From the NCBI RefSeq assembly GCF_006345805.1, contig NW_021833434.1, positions 1-64,000 on the forward strand: a stretch of DNA of 64,000 nucleotides, given 5' to 3'. The first letter of the stretch is position 1; every line of letters begins with the position of its first letter. The DNA comes from Octopus sinensis (Eukaryota). The notes beneath the pieces are model-generated. The model made no database searches and was not told the DNA's origin. It worked only from the letters and a program-made list of their open reading frames with translations. This document shows positions 14,042 through 27,147 of the stretch, piece by piece. The translations under genes were made by a program, and so were the position numbers.

Positions 14042-14271
14042 AAAGGTGGCGAGCTGGCAGGACCGTTAGCACGCCAGGTGAAATGCATAGCCGTATTTCG
14101 TCTGCCGTTACGTTCTGAGTTCAAATTCTGCCGAGGTCGACTTTGCCTTTCATCTTTTCGGTGTTGATAAATTAAGTACCAGTTACACACTGGGGTCGAT
14201 GTAATCGACTTAATCCATTTGTCTGTCCTTGTTTGTCACCTCTATGTTTAGCCCCTTGTGGGTAATAAAGA

Positions 14272-14275
<4 letters not shown>
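14042..14275 (+). mobile_element. tRNA-derived SINE, near full length
   Basis: A-box-like CTGGCAGGACCGTTAG, B-box-like GAGTTCAAATTC, core GAGGTCGACTTTGCCTTTCATC...GATAAATTAAGTACCAG, followed by (TA)n. Confidence 0.85.
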
Positions 14276-14334
<59 letters not shown>

Positions 14335-15640
14335 CCCACAAGCACATACATTTACATACACATGTGTATATATATATATGGAATCCACATAAGTGCATAC
14401 TTACATGCACATGGTTCTTTAACAGGCATATGCACACAAGTATATGGGTACAAAGAACCTCTACTCACAGAACAGGAGGAGTACAAGCAGCTAGGGAAGC
14501 AAGTCATGCACATTCAGATTGAAAAGGTGAATGTGGGTGAGCAGACATAATTGGTTTGCAAAAATGGATGCTAAGCCCAGAAACCTATGCAGAGAAAACC
14601 AGTTGCCCCATGTTGCTTACAGTTTTAATTATTTACTGTTAATCAGACTTATGATAAAGTTTTAGCATTTAATCATTATTATTATTAATACAATAGTTAT
14701 ACAGATGGGCATTCTAACTGGCATATTTATCATATAAGCAATGAGGATAGAGTGTACAACTAGTTTTTGCAGGGGATAGGATGTTGATGGGAGAGAGGAA
14801 TTGTAAGCATTGATTGATCAAGTGACATTTGAATAAAATAGATTAATACTTAGATGTAGTCCCTTGAACAAGTAGACAGCCAAGCTGAGTGATATTTATG
14901 AAAACCATTCCTTAAATATGTTAATGGCTGCTATGTCCAGAAAACATACGCAGAGAATAAAATAGTACCCCCATGTTGCTTACAATTTTAATTATTATTA
15001 TTATTAATGCAACATTTATACACATGTACACTTTAAGCAGCATATTTATCATATGAAAACGTGTGTGCAAACACGTATATAGGTGTGTTATATATGTGTA
15101 TATTTTATGTATATATATGTGTGTGAATCTATATATGGCTTTGTCAATCAGTTTGCTTGGTATGCATCTTGTCATTTTATTTTCCTTTTTATGAGTTTTC
15201 TGTCTCCCCTTCTCTTTCTCTCTCTTTCTCTCTCTCTCTCCCTCTCTCTTGTTGTATATATTTGGTTTTGAGAGAAGTGTAGCTTTGTTCAGACTTCCTT
15301 GATGTAATACTTTGTCCACTATTTTATGTATTATTTCTCTTGCATCACTTCCATTTTATCATTAGCTATCACATACGAATCCTGTTTTCTAATTGGGTAA
15401 AAATGATCAAACTTTAAACCTGTCTATCATTTTTCTAAAATTTTTCTAGAATAAATGAATTGCAAACTTGGTTTCAATGTGAAAAAGTACATCAATATAC
15501 CAAATTTGAAAATTTTCACCAAGTTCAAAATCTAACAGCTACAGAAAAGATCTCTCTATTTGTTTATCTCTTTGATTTTTTTGCTTTTCTCATGATGAAT
15601 TTTCCCCCTGTCTATATATATATATTTGCAACTTTCTTTC

Positions 15641-15940
15641 TCTCTATATATAAACATAGTGAGCTCCAATTTTTTTTTAACTTCCAGGCTACTCCCAGTG
15701 TTTTTAAGTGAGTAGTGCAAAAAAAAATTGGCCAAATCAGTGGTGCGTGGAGGTTGTAAAAAACTTCATACATTTTCACAACTTTTTTATCATCAAAAGC
15801 CTTTCCACCTCCATTTGCAGACTGTGATGACGAAAAGTTGAAAAATGTTAAAAATCCAATTTATGTGGGTGTGCTATTCCAAAAGTTCACCAAGATATTC
15901 TATTGTAAAAATTGACCAGGAACAACAGGATACTCAGCTA

Positions 15941-15941
<1 letters not shown>
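15641..15941 (+). mobile_element. Non-autonomous Helitron-like element, degenerate
   Basis: 3' end GACCAGGAACAACAGGATACTCAG-CTAG^T followed by (TA)n. The 5' boundary (TCTCTATATATAAA) is uncertain. Confidence 0.45.
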
Positions 15942-15982
<41 letters not shown>

Positions 15983-16619
15983 CTTGTATGTAAAAAGTTC
16001 AGAGTTTGCACACAAATAAATATATATTGAAAAAATAAGAAATAGAAGGTTTCAGTTGTTTAAGATAACTTCTTTGTGCTAGAGTAAAATTGAAAGAAAA
16101 ATTGACATAAATTAAATTATACTTTCGTAATATCAGTTCTCGAAGATTACATAATCATATTTTTCATATGAAAATTTCATGGTGCTGTATTTCATGTCCT
16201 TCTGATTGTTACTTATGAATGCTAAAGAGTTATAACCTCTAATCAATTTTGTCTCTTTGAATTATGTTATCGCAAGTTAAGTCCATCATGTTATTTGGGC
16301 CTGATGGGAGATACGTAGGAAATATGAGCATTAAATAATTGTCTACAGATGTAGATTTTGTAACCTAGGGGTAACCTAACTGAGCCAGTAGACTATATTA
16401 TTAATAACATTCATCTCTATTGACTCTATAGAATGTTGTTCTTTCTATTGTCTTTCTGCAGAAACTTTTGATACTACATATATATATATTTATATATATA
16501 TATATATATATATTGTCATTTTTCTTTTTCTTTTCTCTTTCTACATCATGTTACATTGTCTTCTTTAATGTCTTTCACTCACCATCACTTGTGTGTAAAA
16601 GCAATATTCCCCACTCTCT

Positions 16620-17060
16620 CCATACTCTATGAGTTCTTTCTATAGACTCAACAATGATTGACAGTATTTTCATTATTGTGGCTGGCAACTTCATTTAATA
16701 TGTTGGCCAAAAAGATGGTGTTTTCCATAATGTTAGTGAAGGTTCTGGTTGTGATTTAAGAAATGGGGAGGGTGTAATGCTCCTAGAATCCTGTGATGCA
16801 AATCATCAAACACATACTAATCTGGTGAACACATAAGTAGTCAGATAAATGACATTTTCACTAACAAACCAAACAGAAGGTTTTATTTGCTAGTGAAAAT
16901 CTTTTCTAATGAAGAATGCACTATACAACATAGATTGGTAGCCAATAACATAACAGTCGGAGCTAAGCAGACACAGGAATGAAATATGACTTGGAGAAGG
17001 AAAATATGGAAACAAAACATCCCATAATTGGGAATAAGTCTAGGGAAATTTTAACTGATG
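16620..17060 (+). mobile_element. RTE LINE AP-endonuclease fragment
   Basis: Degenerate IIVAG.FN..VGQ...RN.EG..LLE.CDA and EEC..QHRLV motifs. Confidence 0.6.
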
Positions 17061-17377
17061 CATATGGTTGTAAGGATAATGATTTAGGCACCTATAGCAC
17101 AGATGATAACTAGGAATTTCTACAAAATGTATGGTTAAGACGTTTGCTTCCCAAACATATGATTTCAAGTACAGCCTCACTGCACTACACCTTGGGCAAG
17201 TGTCTTCTAGACTGGTTTATATTAGTGGTTCTATTTCCTACTTTGCCACAGCTGTTAGCCATCTGTAATACCATTGTATAGTGAGTAGCTTTGGCTCTCG
17301 TTGTTAAGACTGATTTGTAACTTACCTGTAGATATTGAATTCCAATGTCAATGGAGTTTTCAATTTCAGTGTCTGCA

Positions 17378-20300
17378 TCATCATCATCATCATCATCATT
17401 TAGTGTTCACTTTCCCTGCTGGCATGAGTTGGACAGTTTGACTGAGAACTGGCAAGCCAGAAGGCTGCACCATGCTCCAATTTGATCTGGCAAGGTTTCT
17501 ACAGTTGGATGCCCTTCCTAACACCAACCACTCCGAGATTGTAGTAGGTGCTTTTTACACACCACCAGCACCAGAGCCAGTCAGGCGGCTCTGGCAATGA
17601 CCATGCTTGAATGGTACTTTTTATGTGCTACCGGCACAAGAACCAGCCAGGAACTATGCTTGCTGAGTATCATGTTGTTCCTGGTCAATTTTTACAATAG
17701 AATATCTTGGTGAACCGGCACAAGAACCAGCCAAGAACTACGCTTGCATGGCGCTTTTTACGTGCCACAGGCATGGGACCAGTCAGCTGGCACTGGTATC
17801 AACCACAGTTGTGTGGTACATTTTACGTGTCACTGGCATGGGAGCTAGTCCAGTGGGACTGGTATCAACCATGCTAGAATGGTGATTTTCATGTTCCACC
17901 GGCATGGGTGCCAATCAGGCAGCACTGGCATCAGCCATGACAATGATTTCACTTGACTCAACAGGTCTTCTCAAGCACAGTTTATTGCCCTGTGGGCTGG
18001 TTATGCTACACTGGCATATGGTCTCACTTGGCTTGCCAGGTTCTTCTCAAGGACTGCATATCTCCAAAGGTCTTGGTCACTTGCCATTGATTCCATGAAG
18101 CCTAATGTTCGAAGGTTGTGCTTCACTACCTCATCCCAGGTCTTCCTGGGTTTACCTCTTCCACGAGTTCCCTCCACTGTTAGGGAGTAACAGTTTTTCA
18201 CACAACTGTCCTCATACATATGTAACACATGACCATACCAGCACAGTCATCTCTCTTGCACAGCACATCTGATGCTCCTTAAGTCCAAGTTCTTTCTCGT
18301 GGTGCTTACACTCCATTGTGTATGCACAGACATTACACATCCAGCAGAACATACAAGCTCCATTTCTTGCAAGCTTATGCATGTCCTCAGCAATCACAAC
18401 CCATGTCTCACTGCCATATAGCATGTCTGTTAGCACACATGCGTCATGCGAGAGGCCCTTTGTTACCAGCAGAGGTAGAAGCTCTCTGAACTTTGCCTCG
18501 GTTATTCTTATTCTAGCAGCTACACTCTCAGAGCATCCAACTCTGTGACTGACTTGGTTACTTGGGTAATGGAAGCTGTCAACTATTTCTAGTTTTCCCC
18601 CTGGCATGTGATGAAAGATGTTTTCTACACATTTTCAGTGTTTGTTGCCGCAGTGCATTTGCCACACACAAAAACTATCTTCCTAGATAGCCTTTGTTTG
18701 ATATTGCGCCCATCTCTTATGTGTCAATAGCTTACACCAGGTACATCTTATGGAGTTTCTATGTATGCCTTTTCTACAGACCGAGAAGGGTGATCTACCT
18801 GAAGGGATTTGTAATTTGTCTACCTTCCTCTTTGGTTTTTGCTAGAGTGACTCTAAAGCCCTTCAACTCTAGACCTTGCTTCCACATCTGAAACTTCTCC
18901 TAGTTCTGATAGTGACTCAGCTATTAGAGCAAGGTCAGCAGCATAGGGGAGCTCTCAGAGCATCTTGTCTTGAATTCCTCTTTTATTACCTGGTGGATTA
19001 TGATCCATAAGTAGGGGCTGAGGACTGATCCTTGATGGACCCCTACCCTTACCCAGAATTCTTCACTATACTCATTACTAATCCTCACCTTACTGACAGC
19101 ATCCCTGTACATAGCTTGCACAGCTCTCACTAACCACTCATCTATCCCTAGTTTCCACATTGACCACCAGATAGGGCTTTCTCCATGTCAATGAAAGCCA
19201 AGTACAGAGGTTAATCTTTGGTTGGGAATTTCTCCTGCAGCTGTCTTACCAGAAATATAGCATCAGTGGTGCTTTTCCTTGGCATGAACTCAAACTGCAT
19301 CTCATCTAAACTGACTCTCTCCCTAATTAGTTGGGCTATGACCCTCTCCGTGACCTTTATTACCTGATCAAACAAGTTGATACCTTTGTAATTATCTGTA
19401 TCTAAAGCGTCACCTTTATCTTTGTAGCAGTTGACTATGGTGCTGCTACACCAAATCATTGGATATTACTTCTTCATGTATCACCTGATTGACTATATGG
19501 GTGACTAGACTATAGCTGACACCACCAGATATTTTAAGCATCTGCTAGACCTGTAGGTGAATAGGTGACTAGCAGGTTTCCTGAAGTTAGTATTACAAAT
19601 CATAAGATCATTTACATCACAGAAATTCAGCAGCCTGTTTCCCGCCATAGCCACCATGCACACCATGGAAGTCCCCTGGATGTTGTCCAACATGCCCATT
19701 GAAGTCGCCAGCCACAAAGAGAAGGTCCTTGTCATTTGTCAATATGGTAGTCTGTAAGAGGGTATCATAACATCGGTCTTTCTGTTCATCAGGTAGCCCT
19801 TGCTGAGGGGCATAAGTCAAGATAATGGTTGCTAATCCATGTTGCGGTACTAATCTAAGCTTAAGTATTCTGTCATAGTCTCTGACTACCTTGATTACCT
19901 AATCAACCCATTTATCCGCAAGAAGTATACCCACACCCCTGACCCCATCAGTGTTTCCAGCCCAGAAAATCTTATACCTGTATTCTTTGCCTGTGAGGAA
20001 CCTAGCAGAACTTCCTCTCCATCTTACTTCTTGGATACAGCACAAATCTACACGTCTCCATTCAAGCATTTTAACAATCTCACCAGCCCTACCTTTCAAT
20101 GTGCCAATATTAAGTATACCAACTCTGAGGTTGTGGAAGGTATGGGCCTGCGAGACCCTGGGATGGGGGACAGCAGCATCATGTGCCTGAAAAGAAAGCT
20201 CGCATTTGACAGAACTCATAAACATACAATAGACTTCAACCTGCATGCACTACACCATCATTTTATGTCCTACATAATCACTACATTTCATAGGAGTTAA
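17378..20300 (-). mobile_element. RTE LINE reaching the 5' end of the ORF, internally deleted
   Basis: (CAT)n tail; 3' UTR with repeats of about 60 bp; RT (GVHQGSVLSP, LDEMQF); APE domain (LRVGILNIGTLKGR...CIQEVRWRG, YAPQ, VAGDFNGHVG). Confidence 0.92.
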
Positions 20301-20597
20301 ACACTAAGTAGAGATGGGGTAGCATTTAAGCCATTGGAGGTGTTCAGGGGAAAGACATCTGATAGAGGTCAGAGGACAAAGACTTCCAGTATAGGTGGTG
20401 GGGTGGGATGGGCAGTCACAGCTTGAAACAGCAAACATTCTGGCTGCTGGTGTGAAAGAATAATAATAATGAAAACAATGATAATAGAAATAATACTAAT
20501 AAAAATAATGAGATGGAATTGGACATTTGCATTCTTAACAAGAGCTATAACTAACAGGTTTCAGTCAGTGAAACTGTGACAAAATTAGATAAATGAA

Positions 20598-23500
20598 TCA
20601 TCATCATTATCATTGTTTAATGTCCGTTTTCCATGCTAGCATGGGTTGGATGGTTCGATCGGGGTCTGGGAAGCCAGGAGGCTGCACCATGTTCCAGTCT
20701 GATCTGACAGTGTTTCTACAGCTGGATGCCCTTCCTAATGCCAACAACTCCATGAGTGTAGTGGGTAAATTTTACGTGTCACCGGCACAGGGGCCAGAGG
20801 AGGCTGACAATGGCTACAATCGGTTGGTGCTTTTTACACCAGTTGGTGCTAGTCAAGGCTGTGCTGGCATTGGCCATGTTCAGATGGTGCTTTTTATGTG
20901 CCACCAGCATGGGTATCACAACTACAATTTCCATTTGATTTTCATTTTGATTTTGATATACTCCTCAAGCACAGCAGGTCACCCTACAATCCAAGGTACT
21001 TTTGAATGGGCTGGGGCTGGTTATGCGAAACTGATGTAGGATACAGCCGTGAACTCACTTTATTTGCCAGGTCTTCACAGTCAGAGCATACCTCCAGAGA
21101 TCTCGGTCTTTCATCATTGCCTCTGTGGGCCCCAACATTCAAAGGTCATGCTTGACCACCTCATTCTATGTCTTCCTCAATCTACCTCTACCCTGAATTC
21201 CTTCAACTGTTTGGAAGTTGCACTTCTTCACACATCTCTCCTCATCTATCCATAGTACATGACCATACCAGTGCAAACGTCTCTCTTGTATGTCACAACC
21301 AATGCTTCTTATGTCCAACATTTCTCTCAGGGCGCTTACACTCTGTCGTGTGTGCACTCTGACATTACGCATCCAGTGGATCATGGTAGCTTTGTTTCTC
21401 TCGAGCCTACACATGTCCTCCGCAGTCACAGCCCATGTTTCACTGCTGTGAAGCATGGCTGTTTGCACACATGCATCGTACAATCTACCTTTCACTCTGA
21501 GTGAGAGGCCCTTTGTCACCAGTAGGGGTAGAAACTTTCTTAACTTTGGCCAGCTTATTTTTATTCTAGTGGTAACACTCTCTGAGCACCCACCTCCCTC
21601 CCCACTACAGACTTGATCACCTAGGTAGCGGAAGCTATCAACTACTTCTAGTTTCTCCCCCTGGAGTGTGATGGAATCTGTTTTCTGAGCATCTGTGGTG
21701 TTTATTGCCCCTGTGCATCTGTCGCACGCGAAAGCTATCTTCTCAATTAATCTTACTATGATGTTGCTGCACCTCTTATGTGTCCATAGCTTACACTGGG
21801 TACATCCTATAGAGTTTCTACCAAAACCTTTTCTACAGATTGAGCAGGGCCACCTGAGGAGGTGTATGATGTGTTCGCCTTCCTACTTACTAGAACTTTG
21901 GTCTTTGCTACATTGACTCTAAGGCCTTTTGATTCTAAACCTTGCTTCCACACCCGAAATTTCTTTTCTAGTTCTGGTAGTAATTCTGCTATGAGGGCCA
22001 GGCCATCAGCATAGAGGAGCTCTCAAGGGCAACCCATTTTGAATTCCCCTCTTATTGCCTAGAGGACTATGATAAATAAAAGGGGGCTGAAGGCTGAACC
22101 TTGATGGACTCCTACTTCTACCAGGAATTCTTCACTAATTGCCAATCCTAACCATACTAACGACCTGTCTGTATAGGGCCTGTACAGTCCTTATTCTTAG
22201 TAACCATTTGTCAGTCCCCAGTTTCTACATCACCCACCAAATATGGGATCGAGGGACCCTGTCAAAGGCTTTCTCCAAGTCCACAAATGCTAAGTATATG
22301 GGTTTATCTTTACCTAGGTATTTCTCATGCAGTTGTCAAACCAGGAATATGGCATCAGTGGTGCTTCTACCTGGCACAAAACCAAACTGCATCTCATCTA
22401 ATCAGACACTCTCCCCTTACTAACGGCCTCTCAGTATAGGGCCTGTACAGATCTTATTAACCATTCGTCAATCTCCAATTTCCACATCACCCACCAGATA
22501 AGGGATCGGGGAACCCTGTCAAAAGCTTTCTCCAAGTCCACAAAATCTAAGTACAGGGGTTTATCTTCAGCTAGGTATTTCTCCTGTTGTTGTCAAACCA
22601 GGAATATGGCATCAGTGGTGCTTCTACCCAGAACAAAACCGAACTGCATCACATCTAAGCAGATGCTCTGCCTAATGAGATGGGCTATGACCCTCTTCAT
22701 GACCTTCATCACCTGATCCAGCAGTTTGATACCCCTGTAGTTATTTCTATCTAGAGCATCACCTTTACCCTTGTAGCAGTTGACTATGGTGCTGCTACGC
22801 CAGTCATTGGGTATGACTCTGTCATGAACTGCCTGGTTTACAATGCAGGTAACTAGGCCATAGCCCACACCACCAGTTGTTTTAAGCATCTCAGCAGTGA
22901 TTCCTGATAGGCCAGAGGCTTTTCCTGGCTTCATATCCTTAATTGCTTTATCTACCAGGGAGCTGTCTATTCGGATAGCTGGTCCCTCTACTGGGTCAAC
23001 ATTTGGCAGGCTCTCATTCTCCACATTCAGCAGTCTTTCATAATGGCTTCTCCAAGCCTCTTTCTTTTCCGAATCATTAAAAGCAAGTGCACCATCTTCG
23101 ATGCGGACACATTTCGCTCCTGTGACATCACAATTTTCTCTCACACACTGTTTTGCAATCTGAAATACCTCAGTTCTTTGGTCCTCACATTGATGGACTT
23201 TCGCAAACTTCTTTTCTACTTCTCCCTTGGCTATGCATGCCTACCGCCCAGCCTCCCTTTTGTCTACCTGGTACAGTTCCCTGCTACACGCACCCTCCCA
23301 GGCTTTCCAGGCCTGTTTCTTTAGTGTAATGGCTTTGTCTACCGTACTATTCCATCACCACGTAACTCTAGGTCTTGAAGGGACTTTGCACCATCCGCAG
23401 TTTTGGTCTGTGGCACTCAGCAAGCTGTCCTGTAGGAATTTCCAGCTACCTTCTTTGTTTTAAGACTGTAGTTCCTCTTCCCTCTCATCAAATTTCTTGA

Positions 23501-23884
23501 TGAGGATGTCCCTAAATCTCTGACCATTTGAAGGGTTCTTTAGCTTCCCAATCCTTGTTTTAGATTGGTCTGCTTCTTGGTATCCTTCTGGCCTTAAGCC
23601 TAAAGTCACTAATGACTAACCTATGCTGGGGTGTACATTCTTCACCTGGGAGGATCACTGTCTAGTGAGGATGAAAACAATCTGGCTAGCAGAGTCACCT
23701 GATTGATAGGTTATCAGGTGGCTGTCTGGTTTGCTGAAGTTAGTGTTGCAGATTAAAAGGTTACATGCATCACAGAACTCCAGTAGCCTAGTTCCCTCAT
23801 TGTTTCGGGAACCAATACCGTGGCCCCTGTGTACACCAGTGACGATACCTGAATCCCGCCCAACATGCCCATTAAAATCTCCAT
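20598..23884 (-). mobile_element. RTE LINE, 5'-truncated, with a duplicated RT segment
   Basis: (CAT)n tail at 20598; ORF 22593-23144 is RT N-terminal; GDFNGHVG at the 5' edge. An uninterrupted paralogous target is at about 24520-24560. Confidence 0.92.
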
Positions 23885-24899
23885 AATAATAACAATAATA
23901 AATGAGCATGAAAGAGAAGAAGAGAGAAAGAGAGAGAATTGCATTGAACATAGGGATCTTAAGTTTTCACTAGCAGATGGTATGGAAGAAGAAACTGTGT
24001 TTACATAGATAGATAATGAAATAACAAAGTAATTATAATTTGCACTAAAAAAAAGGGGTTTTAGATGTGTTTTAGGTTGGAAAACAGAGTTGCTTATCTG
24101 AACGTTTTCTTGGGTTCTACTTTGTGTGGCAAGATATTAAAATGTGAGGCAGCAGAATCTGAATGAAGCTACTTTATATAGGGTGGGGTTAGGAGCGCGG
24201 AGGTAATGTCGTGTTGGGAGAAGCAAGTGGTTAACGGAACTGAGAGAGAGAGGGAGAGAGAGAGAGTCCATAGTTAGGCTGGGCGAAGACAGAACATGGC
24301 GAGATGGAATTTTTGGAATTTAGAGTAATATAATTCATCAAATGGAATGGATTTAACTTGCCATCATAACAAACTGCTAGGTGAATAACACTGCGAAGCA
24401 ACAAACACTTTGGCTGTTGGTGTGAAAGATTGATGATGATAAGAAGAAGAAGATAGAATTGGACATTTGCATTTTTAACTAGAGTTATAACCAACAGGTT
24501 TTGGTCAGCCAAACTGTGACAAAATTAGATAAATGAATGAATAACAATAATAAATGAGCATGAAAGAGAAGGAGAATTGGATTGAATGTCGGGATCTTTA
24601 GTTTTTTCTAACCTATGGTGTGGAAGACTAAACCATGTTTACATACATAGATAATGAAATAATAAAGTAATTATAATTTGCACTGTAAAAAGAGGTTTTA
24701 GATGTGTAGTCTGTTGGAAAACAAAGTTGTTTATCTGAACATCTTCTTGGCTTCTACTTTGTAAGGCAAGATTACTCTGTCAGTCTCACCATGAAAAGAG
24801 TTGAGCTTGAAAATGTCATCTGCATATCCGAAGAAAAAAAAGCATAAGAGTGTATTCCAGTTGGTCCATATATATGATGGTTTGCTAAGTTAGATCAAA

Positions 24900-25070
24900 C
24901 AGTGAGTATTGTGCAACACCTGATTATTGATATTAACAAAAATATTAAGTATCCCAACTCTGAGGGTGTGGAAGGTGTGGGCCTGTGAGACCCTGGAATG
25001 GGGGACAGCAGCATCATGTACCTGAAGAGAAAGCTTGCATTTGGCAGAACTCTTAAACATACAATAGCCT
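24900..25070 (-). mobile_element. RTE 5' ORF-start fragment
   Basis: Matches 20110-20235 (AHDAAVPH.RVSQAHTFH.LRVGILNI). Confidence 0.75.
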
Positions 25071-25238
25071 GTTTTATTTTTCATCTAACTAAAAATATAT
25101 AAACAATATTCATGAGATTACTATTATCACAGTTCTCTTATCCAGCAGAAATAAATATACATATATATATTTTCAAAATCTACACACACACATTCCATTC
25201 ATTTCTCAATATAATTTTTATCACTTTTCCTATTTCAG

Positions 25239-25559
25239 TTTTACCAAAATCAGTCACAATCAAGAGTATTTCTAACACAGTTCCTGTGGAAAATCAGATC
25301 AAAAGTTATGAATGCCTTATTAAAGACACCAACCCTGAATTTTCAGTCTTTTGGTTGATTACCAGGAATGATGGAACACAAAAAAATGCTACAAAGTATA
25401 TTTCAAACAAGTCAAGCAAATCAGGAAAGCTGACTACTTTATCATCAGAACTGACATTAACTCTTAATAAGAATTTTAAGAAATTACAGTGTGTTGCATA
25501 TTTTCCGGGTAAAAATGAATTTGGTAACCATTCAAAGGAACTCGATTTGCATATAAAAT
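25239..25559 (+). CDS. Internal coding exon, one Ig-like (C2-set-like) domain of a nephrin/SYG-2/CADM-like cell-surface protein
   Basis: Polypyrimidine acceptor ttttcctatttcAG ends at 25238; donor GTAAGT at 25560. Length 321 nt = 107 codons, phase 1-1, open. Translation LPKSVTI...YECLIKDTNPEFSVFWLI...SSELTLTL...LQCVAY...ELDLHIK has the B-strand Cys, C-strand Trp and F-strand Cys of an Ig fold. Confidence 0.85.
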
Positions 25560-27147
25560 GTAAGTTTTTCTTCTTTATCTCTATAAAGCACAAAGTATAG
25601 ATTTGTTCAAAATATTTTTGTGAAATATTTCTTCATTTCTAGATTTATATTTACTACAACAATGAGAAGATTACACAACTTCAGCAGTTTTGAAAAGATT
25701 TTTTGTTTTAATTCACTTTTTTGTTGTTGTAATATCGTATCTCTGAGCAATTATGAACTAGTTGATCCCAAAATATATGTGGTCATTTCTGTAATTTGCC
25801 TAAATTTACTAAAGCATCTACTTCATTGAGTTCTGGTTTCTAGAGTAAGATGTATAATGTTGTGGAAGGATTCCGACCACTTCCTAATGATTAAACATGG
25901 ACTGATACTTTTCTATAAAATAAAGAACTGTCGAGTTGACTCGAGCAGTTGATAGAAAGTGTTTAGCCTCATCTAGCAGCAGTAGTACTACATCATACGA
26001 AGACCTTACTTTACGCCCAAATCAGAAAATATATCCAACGCAGTAGGCTATAAAAATGGCGATGAGATATTCGAAGCTTGCATTGAACATTAAAACTTTT
26101 GGTGCAAAACAAAAAATTGTTTAACATGGAGGACTTATTGGCCTCCATGCAAAATCAGCATTAACAACAACTACAACAGTAACAACAACAGCAACTACAA
26201 CAGCAAAGCCAACAGTTGCTTGGATTAAAATTAAAGAAGTTTAAAAATACTTAAGGTTCATACTCGCCAGAGAGCATAGCAAACTCAGTTGGAGAATTCA
26301 GTTATAATCCAGAAGACTGGATCACCTTCTCTGTATATTCTCAAAGATATGAAGAAATGTTCAAAGAAGAATGTATGGATGGATGAGAAAAAAGTACTAC
26401 TACTTTTAAGAAAGTTATCCCCTGCTGAACATGAAAAATATAGTAGCTATATTCTGCCGAAGAAACCAGGTGAGATTTGTTGTGATGAAATAATTTTTTA
26501 TTGAAAGATTTCAGTGAAAGAAGTTCCCTGTTCTGTACTCACTGGTAGTATTTAAATTTGGTTAAAGAAGATGATGAAGATTTTGTCACCTATGCCAGGG
26601 TTGTTAAGAGATTATGAAAAATTCAAATTAAATGAATTAACCCTTGACATGTTCAAATGTCTAATTTTTGATCAAGCAAAGATGCAGATATCCATTTCTG
26701 AATATTAACAACATTAGAACAAGACCAAAAATTAACTCTGTAGACTGTAGCAGAAGAATGCCAGAGGATTATAAATTTAAGAGATGACGCAGATAAAATT
26801 GAAAGAAAAGATTGCTCTCATATTCATTCATGTTGACCTGAATGAATAGAAAAAAGAAACAAATGTCAAGACCCAATCCATGCTATAGGAATGGAGGTTT
26901 ACATTTCAAATGTAACTGCTCTTTTAAAAATCTAAAATGCTTTGAGCGTGGAAAAATAGGTCACAAAAGCTCACAATGTAAAAGGAAACGAAAATGTTTA
27001 AAGGTTGAATGAAATAAATTCTGGCAAGAAGGTATTGTCAACAGAAATCCTAAGCAAGGCTCAGAAAAGAAAATTCGAGTTTATAAAAATGAATAAAGTG
27101 AATATCATGTTACAATTGGATACAGGCAGTGATATCACAATAATTAA

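Noticed and set aside
14585-15005. About 55-bp diverged direct repeat (14585-14640 and 14945-15000)
   Set aside because: Short, AT-rich and with no associated structure; likely an old local duplication.
17560-17900. Repeat-spacer-like arrays of about 60 bp (also 20740-20920, 30080-30290 and 58300-58570), superficially CRISPR-like
   Set aside because: They are degenerate tandem units in the RTE 3' UTR, found at the same position in several copies, in a eukaryotic context with no cas genes.
24160-24185. Minus-strand TATATAAAG followed by Inr-like TCATTC
   Set aside because: Spacing is about 16 nt rather than about 28-30, and no downstream gene supports it.
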